DNA of 62,252 bases, counting the filler, from Nemertoderma westbladi (taxonomy: Eukaryota; Animalia; Xenacoelomorpha): NCBI GenBank assembly GCA_032718475.1. It is 3 parts of 3 records of this genome, joined end to end, with 100 filler letters (N's around TTAATTAATTAA, not from the genome) between each part and the next. Parts side by side here need not be neighbours in the genome. Positions count along the whole stretch, not along the records: positions 24,939 to 47,876 come from JAUCBJ010008063.1; 2 more parts are not named here. One strand, given 5' to 3'. Of the stretch, positions 24,972 through 37,400 are shown one piece after another (within the stretch, counting starts at the first letter, position 1; each line of letters starts with the position of its first letter). Below the pieces are notes generated by a model, which was not told the origin of the DNA, did not search any database, and was given only the letters and a program-made list of their open reading frames with translations. The translations under genes were made by a program, and so were the position numbers.

Positions 24972-27330
24972 AGGGCGGCGTTGAGTGAGGTGAATTCGCC
25001 GCCCCTCTAAAGGACGCAGTCTACATACTGGACGCGTAGTTACTGCGAAAACGGTGTTCCCCCCCCATTCGACCTATTTCCAGCCGTACGATTTTCTCGA
25101 TTTTTCGAGGGGGGACGCGTAATGCCAAAAAAATAAGATTCTTCAGAGCTTTTAGCGAATCTATCGGTTTGACGGACAGTACGGACGATTGTCCGTTTTC
25201 TTCACGCGAATTCACCATTAGGGTCTATGTAAAAAAAATTAAATATCGCCCCTACCTGCTAGAGGTCGCCCGGAATCGAAAGAGGGTCTAAAAATTAGAT
25301 TTCACATATTTTTGTTTTAAAAATTAAGTCGATGGTTTACCGGCTAATGTCCGTCAAATTCGAGAAAACGGACAAAATGACTTTGCGGTTTTCACTATAA
25401 GTCGGATAATATTAATCGTACGGAGACAAAAGTAACACGTCTGGATATGAGAAGAGTGGTACTACGTTCGTATCGAATGGGGGTAAGATATTTTTTAATA
25501 TTTCGGGTCGTAAAAGGGGCCGTAACTTTTCCGTTTTTGTCCGTCATTTTTATATAATTAATATTTCCGAAATTTTTAATTCGGAAACGCTAGTAGGAAT
25601 CTGCCAATTCTTTTTCGGAAGGCGTAACAGACCACAGGGGCGACATTCCTATCGAATGGGGGTACAAAAAATATGTCGGCAAAAGGGTCCAAAAAGGGCC
25701 AGAAAGTGATAAAAGGTTTATAACTAATAACTTTTTTATTTTTGACTCTACATGGTTAAGGTACATTTTATACGGTTAATATCGATACGAGGAATTCAAA
25801 TATTCGATTGGTTTTGCTGCGCAAATGATATAAAAAAAATGAGGGCCAATATTAAAATTTCGCGTTTCAAACTGGCTGCGCGGGAACACGTCTAGCTCGA
25901 AAACTACTCAACGTCTGGGAGACGCATTTAAACATTCTTATAGAGCGTTAAATTATCTATCTTTCAGCCTTAGTTACAACGCCGTAGCTATTATACAACT
26001 GGTGCGGCAGACGATCGTGTGAAATAAAATATTTATAAAAAGGGACGAAAAATTTTTTTTTTTTAATAAATCGCTACTCTATTATAATTTAGCGTATTGC
26101 GCCAAAAGTACATTTAAAATGTAGAAAATTACCTCCGCTACCTTTTTTCTTAACATTTATAATTAAAATTATGAATTTTAAGGGCCCAAAAATATCGCGT
26201 AATTTTGGCCCTTTTTTTCATTTTTTTTTGGGGCCAAAAATGACCCCCTCTCAAAAGATAGAAAAAAAAATTACGGCAAAGAATATACCAATTTTATTGA
26301 ATTTAGACCACCAGAACCGAAGTTAGAGCGATTTTAGTGAAAAAATAAAAAAAATTTTTTTTGCAAAAAATTAAGAATGGCCAATATTGGATTTCGTACC
26401 CACGAACTTAGGTTTCATTAACGTGATTGATAACCACTAGACTATGTGACCAAGTGAATTTGAAATTTTCGAGTGACTATTTTTAAACATCAATAACTTC
26501 GGTTCTACTGGGCCGTTTGATCTGAATCTTTTTTCATTGGATAGAGGATAGATTGTAGTGTGTGAAATAGGATACAACTTGGGAAAAGACGCATGTGCAC
26601 TTAGTGCAAAATGCACTTAAATAGTGGACATTTTTTCGATATTTCAAACACTATTATTTCCAGTTCTATTGATCGTAGAATGTTATTACTTGGGTTAAAA
26701 TGTAGTTTGGAGTGATTTCTAACTATAATCTTAACATTTGTTTATCTTTTTATGTCTATAAAGTGACTTAAACTGTCCATGAATATGGTCCAAAATCGCA
26801 AATGTCGCGATTTATTAAATTGGATTTTTGACACTTTTAGCGACTGACACTTGATCATGCACCATCGTAGATCGGTAGAGAATAGACATAAGTGTGTTAA
26901 ATAGGAACCACCTTTAGGATCCGCTAAAGTGCACTTGTGCAAATATGGGTGCAAATGTGCAATTTTTTTTAATAAGGTCAAATGGTGTATTATTGGGTTC
27001 TTTTCGTTGCAGATAATTTATTTTCATATTAATATGTTGTATGGACCTTACTGAGCGCATTAAGAGTATGTGTACAAATAACCGGTCCTTATAAGGGTTC
27101 GATTGTATAAATTAATAATAAATAAGGTTGTAATATTCTAAAAACCAGTGTGATCTTAAATGAACTTTAAACAATAAATAGAGATCAGATAACAAATGGA
27201 CCAGACAATTTATTAAAAAACTCGAACCTTTTCGGACTTAATATATTGCTTCAATTTTAATCATCAGTGGATATTTGGGGGAAGTTAGATAAACTGCATT
27301 TATGCAGTGAATCTAACTTCCCCCTTCATG
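24972..27330. mobile_element. ~2.3-kb non-coding interspersed repeat with terminal hairpins, copy A
   Basis: Co-linear with 27955-30340 from ~25349 (GTCCGTCAAA...CGGACAAAATGACTTTGCGG) to the hairpin GGGGGAAGTTAGAT...ATCTAACTTCCCCC. Confidence 0.75.
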
Positions 27331-27954
27331 ATATAATATAACAAAGACACACTCTTTGGAGGACCTGTTGTTTACTATGTAGACTTTGTTCAACCTAAAA
27401 AACTTAAGTCAGATTAACAATATTATCCTGTAAAATTTCTAAGCAATGACTGGTATGAATAATGCTGATCTTCGAACAATGGTTCTGTAATTAAATTTTA
27501 TTACTTCAAAATTTATACGGATTTACCAGTGAAAGAAACCTAGAATCCATTATCACAATGTAACAGTATCAATAACCATATTTATTCTATGTAGATCATA
27601 AGAGAGACATCCTTGATTCATATATTATAATTTCCGAGCTGAAATGTTTCAGTGACTATAACTTACAGGCTTCGTATTATGTACAAACGACTGAGTAGTA
27701 TATATTAATATTAATGGGTTACTGGTATATAGAACGAGTGTAGACTGGGAGCGAAAATATATTACATACAATTTCGAGTAATATAAAATTAACGAGTCCA
27801 GTTCGTCTCCCCTCGTGTCATTCGACGCATACCCCCCCCCCCCCCCCCCCCCCCCCCCTCCACGCTTTTCCCTTTACATCGTAGTCTTTCTTTAAGTATA
27901 ACTTCATTTTGGGTCCACCTTGGTGGGATAAATATTTCTCCATTTGACGCAACA

Positions 27955-30340
27955 CCGCCGCGGCCGCTATGAGGGAGGTGAATACCGCGGCCGCTCCTAA
28001 AGCCGCAGGCCATCGCTAACTATATAGGTTAACTTGGGATTCTGGGGGACTTTTCGATGAAGGAACTGACCAAATTTTTTTATTTTCTCACCAGGGGAGC
28101 GGCTCGGAATTCTAAGATATTAGCAACTCTAACATTATTAAATCTAACCCTTCGACGGACACGGCGGACAAAAATCCGTCATTTTTTCGACAATTTTAAA
28201 TTTTTTTTGAAAGGCGCTCTACAGTGGCTCGAAAAAACCCTAGGTTATTGCTTAGCCGACGCCGGGATACGATAGAAGGGATTAATTAGTGAATTCGTTT
28301 TTTTTTTTAAAAAGATTACCACGCCTTTTTTCCGAAAATGTCCGTCAAAGTTGAAAAAACGGACAAAATGACTTTGCGGGATCCGCTATAACTCGGCTAA
28401 TATTAATCGTACGGGGACGAAAGTAACGCGGTTGGAAAGGGGAAGAGTGGTACTACCTTCGTATCGAATGGGGGTAAGATATTTATTAAAATTTCGGGTG
28501 GAAAAAGGGGCTGTAAATTTGTACGTTTATGTCCGTCTTTTTTGGAAAACTTATTTCCGAAATGTTTAATTCGACAACGCGGGTAGGAATCCACTAATTC
28601 TTTTATGAAACTCGTAGAAGACCATTGGGGCTACGTTCCTATCGAATGGGGGTACAAAAAATATGTCGGCAATAGGGGCCAAAAAGGGCCAGAATTTGTA
28701 ACGTAGTTTTTATCGAATAATTTTTTATTTTTAACTTTAGTTGGTTAAGGTACATTCTATACAGTCAATATCCATACGGGGAATTCAAATATGCTATCGG
28801 TTTTGCTCCAAGGATGATATTAAAAAAATGAGGGCCAAAATTATAATTTCGCGCTTCAAACTTGCTTCGCGGGAAATCGTCTAGCTCGAAAACTACTTAA
28901 CTTACGGGAGATTTGTTTACACAGACTTATAGTGCGTTAAATTATCTATCTAACAGCGTTAATCACAGCGCCGGAGGTATTATAAAACTGGAGCGGCAGG
29001 AATTCGTGTGAAATATAATATTTATAAAAAGGGACGAAAATTTTTTTTTTTTAACAAATCGCTATTCCATTATAATTTAGCGTATTGCGCCAAAAGTACC
29101 TGTAAAAAGTATCAAATTAACTCCGCTATCTTTTATCTTAACATATATAATTAAAATTACGAATTTTAAGGGTCGAAACATATCGCGTTATTTTGGCCCT
29201 TTTTTTTAATTTTTTTGGGGCCAAAAATAACCCCTTCTCAAAAGATTAAGAAAAAAATTACGGCAAAGAATATACCAATTTTATTGAATTTGGACCACCA
29301 GAACCGAAGTTAGAGCGATTTTAGTGAAAAAATAAAAATAATTTTTTTTGCAAAAAAATTAAGAATGGTCAGGTCAATATTGGATTTCGAACCCGCGAAC
29401 TTAGGTTTCATTAACGTGATTGATAACCACTAGACTATGTGACCAAGAGAATTTGAAATTTTCGAGTGACTATTTTTAAACATAAATAACTTCGGTTCTA
29501 CAGGGCCGTTTAATCTGAAACTTTTTTCATTGGATAGAGGATAGATCGTAGTGTGTGAAATAGGATAAAACTTGGGAAAAGACTTATGTGCACTTAGTGC
29601 AAAATGCACTTAAATAGTGAACATTTTTTCGATATTTCAAACACTGTTATTTCCAGTTCTATTCATCGTAGAATGTTATTTTTTGGATTAAAATGTAGTT
29701 TGGAATGATTTCCAACTATAATCGTAACATTTGTTTAACTTTTTATGTCTATAAAGTGACTTAAAAATGTCCATGAATATGGTCCAAAATCGCAAATCTA
29801 GATTTATTAAATTGGATTTTTGACACTTTTAGCGACTGACACTTGACCATACACCATCGTAGATCGGTAGAGGATAAACATAAGTTTGTTAAATAAGAGC
29901 CACCATTACGATCTCCTAAAGTGCATTTGTACACGTGCAAATTTTTTAATAAGGTCTAATTATATAGTATTGGGTTCTTTTCTTTGCAGATACTTTATTT
30001 TAATATTAATATGTAGTTTGAACCTTACTGAGCGCATTAGGGGATATGCGTACAAATAACCGGCCCTTATGAGGCTTCGATTGGGTAAATTAATAAAACA
30101 TAAGGTTGTATAGTATAATATTCTAAAAACCAGTGTGATATTAAACGCACTTTAAATAATAAATAGAAATCAAATAACAATTGGACCACACAATTAAAAA
30201 CTCGCACAATTTTGTACTTATTATATCGCTTCAAATTAATTAAACAGTGGATATTTGTGGGAAGGGGGAAGTTACAGTGTGCATTCGGGGGAAGTTTGGT
30301 GAACTGCATTTATGCAGTGAATCCAAACTCCCCCCTTTGA
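27955..30340. mobile_element. ~2.3-kb non-coding interspersed repeat with terminal hairpins, copy B
   Basis: Diverged direct copy of 24972-27330 with the same GAGGTGAAT-loop hairpin at the start and the same GGGGGAAGTT...CCCCC hairpin at the end. Confidence 0.75.
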
Positions 30341-31437
30341 TATATCATATACTTAAAATATGCTAGGGTGACGGGGAAATATTTGTTACTGTCACACTTT
30401 GCTTCCATTTATCCTATCCTTTATTATTACCCCAGTCAGATAAGAGATAATAAATCAGTAAAAACTAAACTAAACTGTCTTTCATGCAAACAAATTTCTA
30501 ACTAAAGACGGGTGAATGACCATGACCATGGAAATAATTTTAAATATAATTGTATATCAACTATTTGGGGAGGCTTCCAAGTTAAACCCGAAAACAATTA
30601 TTTTGTTACATATATAGTAAATAACGTTGTATGTTCTTCTTCCTCTCATAATAAAATATAAATGAAATATCTCAGATAGCTATGCTCTGTAACATTTCAC
30701 AACCAAAATATTTAAGGTGAAAAGTGTAGGCCTACCACACTCCGCCCAAACAACCGTAAACGCATAGCCAACAAATTTAACAAAAGGTTACATACATGTT
30801 GGGTTCATGACGAGATGAGTGAAAATTTATCGCGTAATATAAAGTAAAAAATTAAGAGACGGGCTGGCTCTCCTCCACTTTCTTACCCAATGGATATGTT
30901 GTTGTAATAATCTAACATTGGGGCGGCTTTCTCTCGGTGTGGGATATTAGAACTACGCAGCTGTTAATAATGTAGTAGTATATAAATCGTTCCATCATTG
31001 TAACCTCATTGCGTTTTAACACTTTGAAAATTTACTTTGGCTTTTGCCTTTCGTTTTTAAATTGGCACTCTGGATTACTTTCATTTCCAAGATAAGTTTT
31101 TTAACATGAATAAATAATTAATAAGCCAAAATGGAAATCCTACCTAACTTACGGTTAGCTAGCTCAGTGTTATATTTGGGAAATACCAAATTGGGATATG
31201 GTGTGGAAAATGAAAAGGACTATTGATAGAAACAATATTTATCTCAAAATATTTTCAATAAACTAATTTAACTAACACCTTGTAAATAAAATAACCAAGT
31301 TTATGAAGTGAAATGATAGTTACAGAATAATAAACAATAACTAAGATAACTATATATATAATAATAACTAAGATAACTACATATATAACTAAGATAACTA
31401 CATACAGTATAACTAACTATATAATAACTAAGGATTA

Positions 31438-34400
31438 TTAATTAGTTCTATTAGATGCCTCCTGTACCATCGCCAAGGACCACATATAGAACGTGGCTGC
31501 CCCGTTACTAACTGACGTCACCGTTTCCAGGTCGTACTTAGAGAGTATCTGATTGGCTCGTGAAGCTGAATTACTTCCAGTTTTAACCTTTTCTACATCG
31601 AATTCATTGATTCTCCTCCGAAATGATTCCTTTCCAGTTTTACTGAGTAAGGCGACAACCCCCGCCCATTCCTATGTGAATACAAACACAGCTGTAATTC
31701 CAGCCGACCTACGGATGTTAACAACCGACCACCAAGGATAAGGCAGAATCACCAGCCGATGAGGTGTCTCATTGGTTCCCCCAAGCTTGACACTAGAACA
31801 AAGCCACCCCCGCTTTGCAGGACATTGCCGTGGATTTCGCCGTGAGGGCATAATATAGCGCTTTGGCGGCCTCATGGAGAGAATAAGCTTTCTTGAGATG
31901 CATCTTAAAGACACTGGCCTAGAAGATGCGAATGATCTAGCAAATGTCATGGGTGTTAGGGAGTTGTGGCGACGCAATTTTGTGGATAAGTCGACACAGC
32001 ATTATTAATATGTAACATATGTATAATGCAACTACAACGCAGCATGTCGATCGTAGTATGGATGTTTAATATTTGTAATCATTTATAATAGATTAACCTT
32101 AGTATAACCTTAGTAATTAACCTTAGTTTCCTTTTCCGAGTTACCTAGTAACATAAATGTAGCTATGAATACGTGGTGGACTACTATTGGCGGGCTGTTG
32201 TACGCCTTTATTTCTGCTATTGTCTGTTGGTTTAGTTTTAGAACTGAATTCCGAAGTTTCTCTAATTTTTTTAGTCTTTCCAGCAATCTGAAACACAAAA
32301 TAATAATAATTTCGCAAAAATTAATAAAAAGAGAAACAAATTCACTACAGATAAAATACCATTCAGAAAAAAAAAATTTTGGAAAGGCGGCGTGAACGAT
32401 ATCTCCTTATATATGTATGGAAGATATTAGAAAATATTGTTACCAATTTGACAAATCGGCATTCCGCGATTACCCCCAGTTTCAGTGACCGCAGTTACCG
32501 TTAATTTATCACGTAGGTAATCTGGTGCGATTCCGTGTAAACATTTATACGTCAGCATGCCGATTTTGAACTTTATCCTACGTTTTACCGGCAGCCAGTG
32601 CAATCGCTTCAATACTGGAGTGATGTGGTCCCGTTTCTTAATGCCTTCTAGCAGTCGCGCCGCAGAATTTTGAACATATTGTAATTTGTTGATCAAGTTT
32701 ACCGGTAGTCCATAGTATAGGGAATTGTTATTATCAATGTTACAATTGTTTGTTACAAATGAATGAATTAATATTTCTAGATCAACGCGGGATAAATAGC
32801 GTTTGGAGTTTGTAGAATGCCAAGACCGAGACACACAGTCCGAGACTGTGGTGGATATTTGTTTGGAAAACGTAAGATTTGAATCCATAATGAACCCAAT
32901 ATTACGCGCAGTATTACTGCAGCATATTAAGTCATTTCCAATGTGTATGCTAGGGGGCGCAAGCTGATAACCAAATCGCGATTGTAAAGGAGGATCTCTT
33001 TCTTATCGGCATTCATCTTTAGCAGGCGGTTTTTCATCCAATCCTGTACGTCTTGCACACAGTGTTCAGTCACATCAACAGCTGTGGATAAACTCAGGGG
33101 TTTAAATGCTATATATAGCTGCGTGTCGTCCGCCTACAAGTGGTATGAAAGACCGTGTTTACATATCACGTTGGAAAGGGAACGGGTGTATATTGCAAAC
33201 AACAGCGGGCCAAGTACCAAACCCTGTGGAAGACCATACTGTAGATGCATTGGTTTAGAGTACGTTGTATTGATGCGAACCTGTTGTGATCTGTTAGATA
33301 AATATGATTTAAACCAACCCAAAGCTGTTCCTTCGACCCCTATATCATGTTCTAGAATTTCTAGTAGCTTACAATGATCAACGGTGTCAAAGGCTGCACT
33401 TAGATCTAATAAAACGAGAATGACAGCCGAGCCCGAATCAATGTCACGGAGTATGTCATCGTTGACCTTGAGTAATGCCGTTTCAGCTATAAGCACTCTG
33501 TAGCGGTTCAAATAACTTGTGTTCTATAGCTTCTGTGTAATGGGACCGAGATTATATAATAATCTTCCACGTGAACTTCGAGATACTTCGCTTCAGTTTC
33601 CAACACAGATAGCTTTAAACGTAGATTAGACCAATATCTCATAAATATCCCAGATCAACCGGGTTCCCATGGATACACAGCCGCAAGATGTTATAATTCT
33701 AACTCCCTCGTCGGCATTATTCTGGTGGCTTAATAAATAAAATCTAAACCACACATTTAACATGAACTTAATTGAATATTGCTAACCTTGAATATGTATT
33801 TTTATTTTGACTTTTTACTCTCAAATCATATATATATTTATAATTCCATTACCATTTTTAGTCCATCTTACAGCAGTATATAATTAATAATAATATTATA
33901 ATACATATTTTTTACTCTCACATCATATGAATGAATATTTATTTATTTTCTAATTCTTTAGTGCCTTTTATATTTAATGAAATAAAATTGTATCTATTGA
34001 CAAAATAATGTACATTCTATTTAGTTTACCATATTGCACAGTAAATCGTTTCATTTAATGTTATACGTTGATAAATTATTTTATTGTTTTGTATTACCAA
34101 TTTACTGAATTCCGTTTAGGTGTGCTCTACGAGTTCTCCTTGGTATGTTAATTTTTAACCTTAAAACTATACAAGAATACAAAAATAGGACCTTTTTATG
34201 CTCAGCCCTTCAATTTATGCGCCGAATATTTCTCAAAATAATTCTGCAAACAGAACGAAAATCGGCTGAGTAGTTAAAAAGTAGATAGAGAAAGTGTCCC
34301 AAAAAAGGCAACGCGAAGAGAAATGACATTTCAAATCCCTCCTGATTACAACTGACCGAACGTTTCTGCACCAAAAGTGAACATTTTTAAATTTTTTTCA

Positions 34401-37400
34401 AAAATGATCTTCTTATATATATATATATTCCCTATAGGCCTAGGGTTTTTTTGTGCTGATTCAGAAAATCGCAAATCTTTCGAAATTTATGGGTATATAA
34501 TGGCTTTTTTAGTGTCAAATTTTAGTGAACCCCCCTTACACACTCTCGTAAATACGGCCTGTCTGTCTCAGTGTCACTTACTTTTTGGCCTGAAACATCT
34601 CAAACTTTAAGCGATCACCATATCCCTTCCGATTCACAGAATCCAACGATTTCTGTAGTTCGGCAACGTCTTTAAACTGCATCGCCCGTTCCAAATCTGT
34701 ATAGAAAATAATTCGATCCAATAATCAATACACTCTAGGCTTTATAATTCATTTGACACACATTATGCGGTTATAACAGTGGAACATGGTGATTAGGGGC
34801 TGCAGCTTAACTGTTAGCCAATTACATTCAAGTTACCCATAGATTAACCAATGAGTGCATTACACATCATTGTACATTTTCCATCCTTGGCTGACCCCTA
34901 ATGATTATTGCTCTGCTTCACAACATCACTGTAGGCCTACTATACAGACAGTAGTAATCTGTTAGTGCTGTCATTCAACAACTGTAGGCCTACTATACAG
35001 ACAGCAGTAATCTGTTAGTGCTGTCATTCAACAACTGTAGGCCTACTATACAGACAGCAGTAATCTGTTAGTGCTGTCATTCAACAAATGTAGGCCTACT
35101 ACACAGACAGCAGTAATCTGTTAGTGCTGTCATTCAACAACTGTAGGCCTACTACACAGACAGCAGTAATCTGTTAGTGCTGTCATTCAACAACTATAGG
35201 CCTACTATACAGACAGCAGTAATATGTTAGTGCTGTCATTCAACAACTGTAGGCCTACTATACAGACAGCAGTAATCTGTTAGTGCTGTCATTCAACAAC
35301 TGTAGGCCTACTATACAGACAGCAGTAATCTGTTAATTCTGTTAACCCATGAATCTTTTCGTGGAATTTCGATAATCTTAATTGCTGCAAAGTGTTTAAT
35401 GAACGGATGGAATCGGGGAATGGAACCTTTTAAAGAAAGCCGTCGTAAAAAGAATATATGGTTTTACCTAAGGCAGTACGTACTACTAACAAGGAATCAT
35501 TAGTCAGTCAGTCACAATCAGACCACCAGACGTTGGGTTGTGAATGGGTTCGTTGGGAATGGGTTCCGTAAAGGTCCTGGGACCATAGCTAGCCTATTTT
35601 GGCACTTAGAAGGATAATCGAAGAGTTATCAAAAAAGAAAGACAGGCATCTGGCTGTTATCTTTGTTAACTTCTTAAGGTCATTCCTCAAAATATAAATA
35701 ATTAGGTTTGCCTCTTATTAATCATATCCAAACTTTATGCATTTTCTTCGCGTGTTTCTTAATATAAAAATAAAGTGACTCACCCTGTTTGACCTTAAAG
35801 TATCCCATAAGCTCCATGGCTCTACCGTAAACTCCCTCAGTGTCGGCCACATTATTCGTCTCGAATTCTTTCATCGCCACAAACACAGCATCCCGCTGTC
35901 CTGAGCGAACCGCACGTTTTAACTGCTCCTGAATACGTGAGTGTTGGTGGGCTGTAATAATAAACATCGAGAGATTTGTGTCTAATCGGGAGATCTGGGA
36001 TCAGTTTGGAACTATCGGGATTTACTCAAACTTGGTAACAACTACTGTACGACGCACCCATAAATAAATGTAAATACTACAGTAGCTTGACGAGCCAACT
36101 AGCAGAAATGTACCGGAGCAGTAAGCTTGTAAGTGGGCGTTGAAATAGGGTTGAAATAGCGTTGAAATAGGGTAGTACAAGAGTTTTCTACTTTTTAGAA
36201 TAATTATTACCTCCCCTCCCTAATATTATACTCACCCAATAGTTCCTCTTTAGCTTTCCTCAATCGATACTCAATCTCTCCTTGCGTCGTCTCATCGCTT
36301 CCTTTCAGCTGTTTTTCCAATTGGCTGACACTTTTAGCTGCTAATTCTTCCCTCTTAGCTGCGAGCTAATGTATACAAAATGATTAGTTTAACATTACAA
36401 TTATTTTGGTCTAATGTTTTATATATCAAATAATGGATTTAAGAATTCCCTTAGGAAGATGGCTGGTCAGCATAATAGACATGTTATTCGAATTAATTAT
36501 TATATGAAACTGAAGACCGTCAGCCCCTAAGAAGGACAGTTTGACTGAGTTATAGCGGCACATATACTTGACCTCTCAACCAGTAAACTTGCTAGAAGAA
36601 GACCCTCAGCCCCTAAGAAGGACAGTTTGACTGAGTTATAGCGGCACATATACTTGACCTCTCAACCAGTAAACTGTCTATAAGAAGACCGTCAGCCCCT
36701 AAGAAGGACTGTTTGACAGAGTTACAGCGGCACATATACTTGACCTCTCAACCAGTAAGCTGGCTATAAGAAGACCGTCAGCCCCTAAGAAGGATTATTT
36801 GACTGAGTTATAGCGGCACATATACTTGACCTCTCAACCAGTAAACTGTCTATAAGAAGACCGTCAGCCCCTAAGAAGGACTGTTTGACAGAGTTACAGC
36901 GGCACATATACTGTACTTAACATCGCAACAAACAAGCCATAGCAGTCTTCTGATTAAATGTAACCAGCTTGGTGCTAGCCTGTAGCAGCAGCTTGGTGTA
37001 GTGGTGACATTCGGGGATTCCAATTAAGACGCACTGGTTCGATCCCTAGATGGGGCAGCACTGTTTGGGCACTGTGCTTTAAATGCTGCAGCCTAGCCCA
37101 ACCCTGACTTTCATCCTTCAGTGGTCGATAAATGGGATCCAATATAACTTGGGAAACACAGTGGAAGGGTTTACTGTGGAAGATCACCCAGGGTGGTGAA
37201 CGGGCATTCCTTTAGGAGACAAAGTGGAAGGGTTTACTGTAGAAGATCACCCTTGGTGGTGAACAGGCATTCCTTTATGAAACAGAGTGGAAGGGTTTGC
37301 TGTGGAAGATCACCCATGGTGGTGAACAGGAATTCCTTTAGGAAACAGAGTGGAAGGGTTTGCTGTGGAAGATCACTCATGGTGGTGAACAGGCATTCCT

